Origin: Poseidonia sp.
GTDB taxonomy: Archaea; Thermoplasmatota; Poseidoniia; Poseidoniales; Poseidoniaceae
Assembly: GCA_965661285.1 (NCBI GenBank)
Contig: CBFIDD010000001.1
Location: 372,852 to 436,851, forward strand
Reading direction: 5' to 3'
Length of the DNA: 64,000 nt
The position numbers and the translations under genes were made by a program. The notes beneath the pieces are model-generated. The model was given only the letters and a program-made list of their open reading frames with translations, searched no databases and was not told where the DNA came from. Within the stretch, counting starts at the first letter, position 1. Every line of letters starts with the position of its first letter. Shown here in pieces: positions 58,421 to 64,000 of this stretch.

Positions 58421-61132
58421 ATGGCTCGCAAAGTCATGGGAGAAGACGGTGAGGGGGAAGCCTTTCTTTCCCTCGAAGATGACGAACCTGTTTCGCCATC
58501 GCCGTCAACAGAAGAGGTGGTACAGGCTCCCGATACGAAAGAAGAACCCCTTGACATCCTGGTACCCGAAATGGTTGATGCCATCGTTGTTGAAGATGCC
58601 AGCGGATCGTATGATGTGAGTTGGCCGCTTATCGGCATGGACTGCCCGGATTGTGCCTCAAAAGCAATGGGCGCGCTCGGCCATATGAAACAGGTCATGC
58701 AATCCAATGTCTCTGCGACATCCGGTGAAGTCAAACTCAGCATTAACCTCGAAAACGGGTCGCTTTCCGAAGTATCCGCTGTGTTGCGCTCCCTCGGCCA
58801 CGCTCCTGACATCGACCATTACGAGGTGGTCGGCGTGCGAGCCAAAGCCGTGGCTCATAGAAACGGCGTGCCGGTGCAAAAACTTGAGCGCGTGCTTCGC
58901 CGACAACCAGGTATTCTGGACGCTGAGATTTCAGACGATGACCGAATTCTCGTCCAGCTTGTAGTGACCAATGAAAAGGCGCTTCTCGATGCACGCAAGC
59001 GCGCTTTGGAACATGTGTTGGGCGTGGAACCAACGTTCGTCGTGGCCCAATCGAACCGGTTGCGCCCCGACCAGTGGCGACTGATTGGTGGCGGCATTGC
59101 GTTTCCCATCCTGGTCATCATCATGCTCGCCGAACTCTTCGGCTATCACGGGATACTGATTCCCATCTTGGCCCTCCCCGGCGTGGCCATTGGTGGCGTC
59201 CAGATGTTCAAGGAGGCGTTCGCTTCGCTTCGAAACCTGCAGGTGGGGTTCCAAGTCCTCACGAGCCTTGCCGTCATCGGCGCATGCATCCTCGGCATGT
59301 GGGAAGAGGCGCTCATCGTCACCATCCTGGTCGCCTTCACGATCCACCTCGAAGGGGACGCCCTGGTCAAAGCACGTCAAGCCATGCAGGGCGGATTGGA
59401 CCGACTCCCACGAACGGCTCGAAAGGTCAACAAGAGCAAGGCTATTTCCCTTTCATCCGACATGACGTACACGGCGCCCGCAGGAGGCGTTGCCCTCCCC
59501 ATGGGAAGCGGCCCCAGCCTCGCCAGCCACTCCGGCGCCGTTCCTGAAACGGAGAATGTCCCCATCGACCTTATTCGTCCTGGCGACACCATCGAAATCC
59601 GTAGCGGAGAACTGATTCCTACAGACGGGCGAATCATCGAAGGCAAGGGTGCCCTGAACAAAGCACCGCTCACCGGCGAATCCGTTCCTGTGGATGTTGG
59701 CGAAGGGGATACCATCGAAGCCGGTCTCGTTCTTTCGAAAGGTCCGGTGTTGTGCGAAGTGCTCGCGGTGGGCGATGAAACGCGACTCGCAGGACTCATC
59801 GATGCCGTCCACACCTTCCGTGATGTGCCGCCAAGACTCCACAGCAGCATTGAGAAATTTACCGCCATATGGGTGCCGACGGTTTTGTTCGGAGCCTTGG
59901 CCGTGTGGTATTTTTTCTTCCCCGAGGACTGGAAAATTATCCTCTTGCTGTGGGTGGTCTCCTGTCCATGCGCCCTCTTGCTCGCAACGCCCGTACCCCA
60001 CGCTGCAGCGCTTTCCAACGCCGCCCAGAACGGGGTGATCGTTCGTGGCGGTGATGCACTTGAGCGCATGGCGCACGTCAATCACATTCTCTTGGACAAA
60101 ACGGGCACGCTGACATCGGGCCGCCCCACCGTCGGCGAAGTCGTCCTCGGGAAAGGGCGACGGAAGAAGGCGGCACTGCAACTCATGATGGGACTGGAGG
60201 CACGCTCCTCTCACCCCTACGCATTGGCGATGATGGATTACTGCAGCGCAGAAGACATCAAGCCCGCCGCTATCAAAGGACTCAGCGATATCGATGCGGG
60301 GGTCTCCGGCCAGCACGGCAGCACCGAAGTGGCGTTTATTCGGCCCGATAAGGCCGGTTCCATGGGCGTTGAGGTTGAGGAGAAATTGAGTGAAGCCTTC
60401 GATCAAGCAAAGGCTGAGGGCCACGGGGCAAGTCTGCTGGTAAAGGCCGGAAAGGCCGTCGCTTTGGCCACCTTCGTCCACGACGACACGCGCGACGGTA
60501 CGGACACCCTCATCGCTGCCCTGCAAAAGCGCAACATCAACATCGAAATTATCTCGGGCGACCACCAAAACGCGGTATCGGAATTCGCCCGAACGGTTGG
60601 CCTGCCCGAAAGTGCAGCCCATGGTGGATTGAGCCCAGAAGAAAAGGTGCGGTGGGTGAAGGCGCGATCCAGTTCGCACGTCACCATGATGGTTGGCGAC
60701 GGCTTCAACGATGCTGCAGCCCTGGCCGTCGCCGATGTCGGGGTCGCCATCGGGACCGGGGAGTCCGTCAATCTTGAAGCGGCCGACGTGCTGGTTCCCG
60801 GAGACGACCCTCGCATGATCACGGAGATGATCGACCTTGCTCGTCAGGCCCAACGAACCTTGATGCAGAATCTCTTTTTCTCCGTGTTCATCACTGTCAC
60901 GCTCGTGTTTGCCGTGGTTCAACAGTGGTACGACCAACTCTGGGTCGGCGTTCTCATCCACGAACTCTCGGTTGTGATCGTGATCCTCAACGGTGCCCGG
61001 TTGGCACAGAACGGACAATCGCTCGAATTGTTGAAAGCCACGCTCACATCCGTCGTTGCAGATACCAGAATCGCATTTTCAACGCTGAGAGCGAGGTTTC
61101 TTCCCGCTCGTTGGTGGGAGAAATCTTCGTGA
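58421..61132 (+). CDS. Heavy-metal translocating P1B-type ATPase
   Basis: GMDCPDC metal-binding domain, TGES, SCPCAL, DKTGTLT, SSHP, SGD, GDGFNDA. Confidence 0.95.
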   Translation: MARKVMGEDGEGEAFLSLEDDEPVSPSPSTEEVVQAPDTKEEPLDILVPEMVDAIVVEDASGSYDVSWPLIGMDCPDCASKAMGALGHMKQVMQSNVSATSGEVKLSINLENGSLSEVSAVLRSLGHAPDIDHYEVVGVRAKAVAHRNGVPVQKLERVLRRQPGILDAEISDDDRILVQLVVTNEKALLDARKRALEHVLGVEPTFVVAQSNRLRPDQWRLIGGGIAFPILVIIMLAELFGYHGILIPILALPGVAIGGVQMFKEAFASLRNLQVGFQVLTSLAVIGACILGMWEEALIVTILVAFTIHLEGDALVKARQAMQGGLDRLPRTARKVNKSKAISLSSDMTYTAPAGGVALPMGSGPSLASHSGAVPETENVPIDLIRPGDTIEIRSGELIPTDGRIIEGKGALNKAPLTGESVPVDVGEGDTIEAGLVLSKGPVLCEVLAVGDETRLAGLIDAVHTFRDVPPRLHSSIEKFTAIWVPTVLFGALAVWYFFFPEDWKIILLLWVVSCPCALLLATPVPHAAALSNAAQNGVIVRGGDALERMAHVNHILLDKTGTLTSGRPTVGEVVLGKGRRKKAALQLMMGLEARSSHPYALAMMDYCSAEDIKPAAIKGLSDIDAGVSGQHGSTEVAFIRPDKAGSMGVEVEEKLSEAFDQAKAEGHGASLLVKAGKAVALATFVHDDTRDGTDTLIAALQKRNINIEIISGDHQNAVSEFARTVGLPESAAHGGLSPEEKVRWVKARSSSHVTMMVGDGFNDAAALAVADVGVAIGTGESVNLEAADVLVPGDDPRMITEMIDLARQAQRTLMQNLFFSVFITVTLVFAVVQQWYDQLWVGVLIHELSVVIVILNGARLAQNGQSLELLKATLTSVVADTRIAFSTLRARFLPARWWEKSS

Positions 61133-61184
61133 TTGACGCGACATCTTCAAACCCTATGGGCCTGTCTTCCCGATAGGTGGGAGA

Positions 61185-61700
61185 ATGGGACGAGTACGAG
61201 GCGACCCCATCACCACCGCTTTGGCCCACCCGACACGGCGTGCGGCATATGTGGCGCTTGCTCAATGCGAAGAGATGAGCACGGTCCAACTCCAGAAGGA
61301 GGTCGGCGTTGACCGGTACAACCTCTACCACCACCTCAAGAAACTCGCATCGCTTTCCCTCATTGAGAACCATCGAGATGAGGGCCGAGCACGCTGGTGG
61401 AGAAAGGAGCAGCACGTTGATTTGCCCGAACTGCTCCAAACCAGCGATGCCCCTGTGGCAATGTCCCAAGCCGCACCTTCACAACCTGAACCTTCTCATG
61501 CACGCCCAACAACAACCCTTGCGTCCTTGGCCGTGGACAAGGAAGGCAGGGATGTGATCGTGCTTGACCTTCATGGTTCACGGGACCAAGTCAGCGCCAA
61601 ACAACTGATCGTCCGTCTGTCTGAGGAATTCGGCCTGACGCTTGATGTGCCTTGGAACTTCATCCCCGAACAGCTCGTTCTGTACTCGAAAAAGAAGTGA
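61185..61700 (+). CDS. ArsR-like winged-helix transcription regulator with C-terminal extension
   Basis: ALAHPTRR...LYHHLKKLASLSLIE. Confidence 0.8.
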   Translation: MGRVRGDPITTALAHPTRRAAYVALAQCEEMSTVQLQKEVGVDRYNLYHHLKKLASLSLIENHRDEGRARWWRKEQHVDLPELLQTSDAPVAMSQAAPSQPEPSHARPTTTLASLAVDKEGRDVIVLDLHGSRDQVSAKQLIVRLSEEFGLTLDVPWNFIPEQLVLYSKKK

Positions 61701-61704
61701 TTCC

Positions 61705-62097
61705 ATGTCCGAAGAGTTGAGCGTGGAATCAAAAGTGGCCCCGCCACCGCTCTCCTGTCCCAAGTGCAAGGGCATGTTGCCCATTGGCCTGGGAGAACTC
61801 AATTGCACCCTTTGCGATGCTCGCGTTCGAGTTGACCATCCGTTGACCCGACGAAAATGGAAGGAAGAGAAGCTCTCCTGCCCGTCCTGTTCGAAGGTTT
61901 TGGTCGCAGGCGTAGACCATCGCCCAGCTGACTTGAAATGCGGGAGTTGTGAAACGTATTTTACACTCAAGCGACAGACACCCCGGGTGGAAATTGAGTG
62001 CCCCGGTTGCCACCGAAACTTGAGGATGAAGCGTCGCCCCGGAACCAGGAACATCGAGTGCCCTGCCTGCGATACGGAATTCACCGTCAAATTTTGA
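61705..62097 (+). CDS. Triple zinc-ribbon protein
   Basis: Six CxxC motifs: CPKC, CTLC, CPSC, CGSC, CPGC, CPAC; 130 aa. Confidence 0.82.
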   Translation: MSEELSVESKVAPPPLSCPKCKGMLPIGLGELNCTLCDARVRVDHPLTRRKWKEEKLSCPSCSKVLVAGVDHRPADLKCGSCETYFTLKRQTPRVEIECPGCHRNLRMKRRPGTRNIECPACDTEFTVKF

Positions 62098-62202
62098 CCC
62101 ACGGGGCGCCGAAAAGGGTCAAAAAAAACCCTGCACGGCGCTTTGATTCGTCGCGCTCCTTATCTATGAAGAGAAGCCCATGAAGAAGTGGATGGGATTC
62201 CA

Positions 62203-64000
62203 ATGGGTATGAGCGAAAGCCATGATGTGGAGGCACATGATGGGGGCCACGCCGGTCACGATACGACCGAGCGGGTGACCCTCGCTTCACTTCGTTCCCA
62301 GTTCACCTCAGCAGATACCACATCGCTGGATGAGGCGATGGGAACACGAGCCCGGTTCAGGCAAGAGGAGCGATTGCGCGCCGACCTGCGGCGAGAGCGT
62401 CGACTTCGCCAACAGGCCATCACCGAACGTGTCAACGCCATGAAGGCCAACATCGCCAAGGACCTCGCAACCCAACACGAGTTGACGTTGGACGCCCTCG
62501 AAAACGAACTTCGCACGTCCATGGAGGCCGAATTGGAAACCATGGAACGGGATGCACTTGCCGCTGAAGAGGCTCGGGTCCGCCACGAATTGGACCTCCG
62601 ACTTGAGCGAGAGATTCAGGCCATGCACGAGCAGCACGGTGTCGAACAGCACAAGCGGCTGGAAGAGCGAAAGGCCGAGATGAAGGTCTCGATTGAACGA
62701 CAATTGCACGAGGAATACGAACGCCGGCTTGCGATTCAAAAGGAACGACTGAAACTCGATTACAATCAAACCTTGCAAGAGCGACTCCGCGAGGTTGAAG
62801 CCAATCTCGAACACGAGATGGAACAACGGTTCGTTGAGATGGAACAATTGGAGATCGGTCGCCTGGAAGAGGGCCATGAAGCCTTGTTGGCTGAGCGTGA
62901 AGACCAACTCCGCCGGGGCATTCGAACCCGACTCGAGCAACAGCTTCGTCAGCGACTCAAGCAACGTGAGGCACGCCTCAAAGTTGAATTTGAGCGACGC
63001 AGCCTTCGCCTTGAAGAAGACATTGCGCAACAGTTACAGGTTGACATTGAACAGCAACTTCGACGAGAGACCAACGAACTTGAGGACCGCATGCGTGAGG
63101 ATGTGGAATTGGCCATCGCCAAACGCCGTGATGAGTTGCGCGTCCAAATTGAGCAACAACTCAACGAACAACAAGCCGAACGCATGGCCGAGCGCAAGGC
63201 TCGCTTGAAGTCAAAGTACGACCTGACCTTCAGCAAAGCCATCGACGACATCTCAAGAAGCCTGCAAACCGAAATTGAAGCAGAACTCGAGCACCGTATG
63301 GAGAACGAATTTAGTTCGTACCGACACGCTCGTGAGGCCGAGATTCAAAACCGCCTTTCCCGCTATCGCTACGAGCGTGAGGCCGAACTCCGCGAGCAAT
63401 TGGAAGCGCAATACGCCGCCAATAAGCAGGATTGGGCCGAACGACTTGACCTTGAATTCCAATCCCGTGAGGCCGCCGCACGAAAGGCGATCATGTCAGA
63501 GGTCGATGCTCATCTTCGCAACGAGCGGTTGACCCACGAAACCGACCTGGACCTCCTGAAGGAAGAGACGGCACTCGAGCTCGAAGTGGAAATGGAAGAA
63601 CGACTCCGAGATTTCAAGACTCGAAAGGAAGAGGAAGTCGCCACGCAACTTGAACGCCAACTGGACAAACGAGAAGAGATCATGCGCAACAAAGCGCTCA
63701 TCGATGTTCGCAAGCGTGAGGCACAAATCCGAGCCGAGATTGAAGCCCAGCTTGGCCTCAAGCGCGCCGAGATACGCGACCGTTTGAAGGGCCTCGCCGA
63801 AAAAATGGATTCGTTCAAGGAAATGGCCGAGGAGAAGATGCGGGAGGCCGTTTCGCAACAAATCCAGGGCGAAGTCGATGCCGACGAATCCGAACTTCGT
63901 GCACGGGAGCAAGAATTCAGTTCACTCCAGGCCACAGATACGCGAGCCGAAAAGCGTCAGAAGTGGATGCAATCCATTTCCGGCCAGGCACCCGCCGCCT
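62203..64000 (+). CDS. Very long E/R/Q/L-rich helical or coiled-coil protein (3' truncated by window)
   Basis: Open frame from ATG 62203 to the window end with no stop: MGMSESHDVE...RQEERLRADLRRERRLRQQAITERV...; absent from the ORF track, presumably because it has no stop codon in the window. Confidence 0.9.
   Translation, partial: MGMSESHDVEAHDGGHAGHDTTERVTLASLRSQFTSADTTSLDEAMGTRARFRQEERLRADLRRERRLRQQAITERVNAMKANIAKDLATQHELTLDALENELRTSMEAELETMERDALAAEEARVRHELDLRLEREIQAMHEQHGVEQHKRLEERKAEMKVSIERQLHEEYERRLAIQKERLKLDYNQTLQERLREVEANLEHEMEQRFVEMEQLEIGRLEEGHEALLAEREDQLRRGIRTRLEQQLRQRLKQREARLKVEFERRSLRLEEDIAQQLQVDIEQQLRRETNELEDRMREDVELAIAKRRDELRVQIEQQLNEQQAERMAERKARLKSKYDLTFSKAIDDISRSLQTEIEAELEHRMENEFSSYRHAREAEIQNRLSRYRYEREAELREQLEAQYAANKQDWAERLDLEFQSREAAARKAIMSEVDAHLRNERLTHETDLDLLKEETALELEVEMEERLRDFKTRKEEEVATQLERQLDKREEIMRNKALIDVRKREAQIRAEIEAQLGLKRAEIRDRLKGLAEKMDSFKEMAEEKMREAVSQQIQGEVDADESELRAREQEFSSLQATDTRAEKRQKWMQSISGQAPAA

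Noticed and set aside
59453-61018. 521-aa minus-strand ORF, and similar ones at 31590-32864, 27839-28801 and 52016-53035
   Set aside because: All lie antisense to well-supported genes and read as codon-bias shadows.
62256-63935. Several minus-strand ORFs at the window end
   Set aside because: They are shadows of the stop-free plus-strand helical protein starting at 62203.

Overview
A gene-dense, moderately GC-rich archaeal chromosome segment of about 46 CDS. I found no rRNA, tRNA, CRISPR array or mobile element. The mix of archaeal markers (thermosome, Cdc48/VAT, PRC-barrel, TIGR00269-type tRNA thiolase, pyrBI, Gar1-like domain) with many bacterial-type enzymes and giant acidic surface proteins points to a Marine Group II euryarchaeote (Poseidoniales); this assignment is inference. 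Housekeeping content covers chaperones (dnaK, thermosome), mevalonate and threonine metabolism, pyrimidine synthesis, TCA-cycle genes (sdh, acnA, korAB), an ABC exporter and a heavy-metal ATPase. The most unusual items are: (1) a Gar1-like protein fused to an RG/RD-rich low-complexity tail carrying two RanBP2-type zinc fingers, a FET-protein-like architecture (39207-40229); (2) a Roadblock/LC7 operon with a large DUF2226-like + Roadblock + coiled-coil scaffold and no adjacent GTPase (18435-22217), preceded by an AT-rich palindromic intergenic region with ORB-like motifs; (3) a eukaryote-like CTP synthase; (4) a mycobacterial Sdh1-type succinate dehydrogenase; (5) a cdc48 / PRC-barrel / DUF4350-like / DUF58 cluster lacking MoxR; (6) a ~600-residue proline-free charged helical protein missed by the ORF track. 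All family assignments come from motif recognition by eye; no searches were run.
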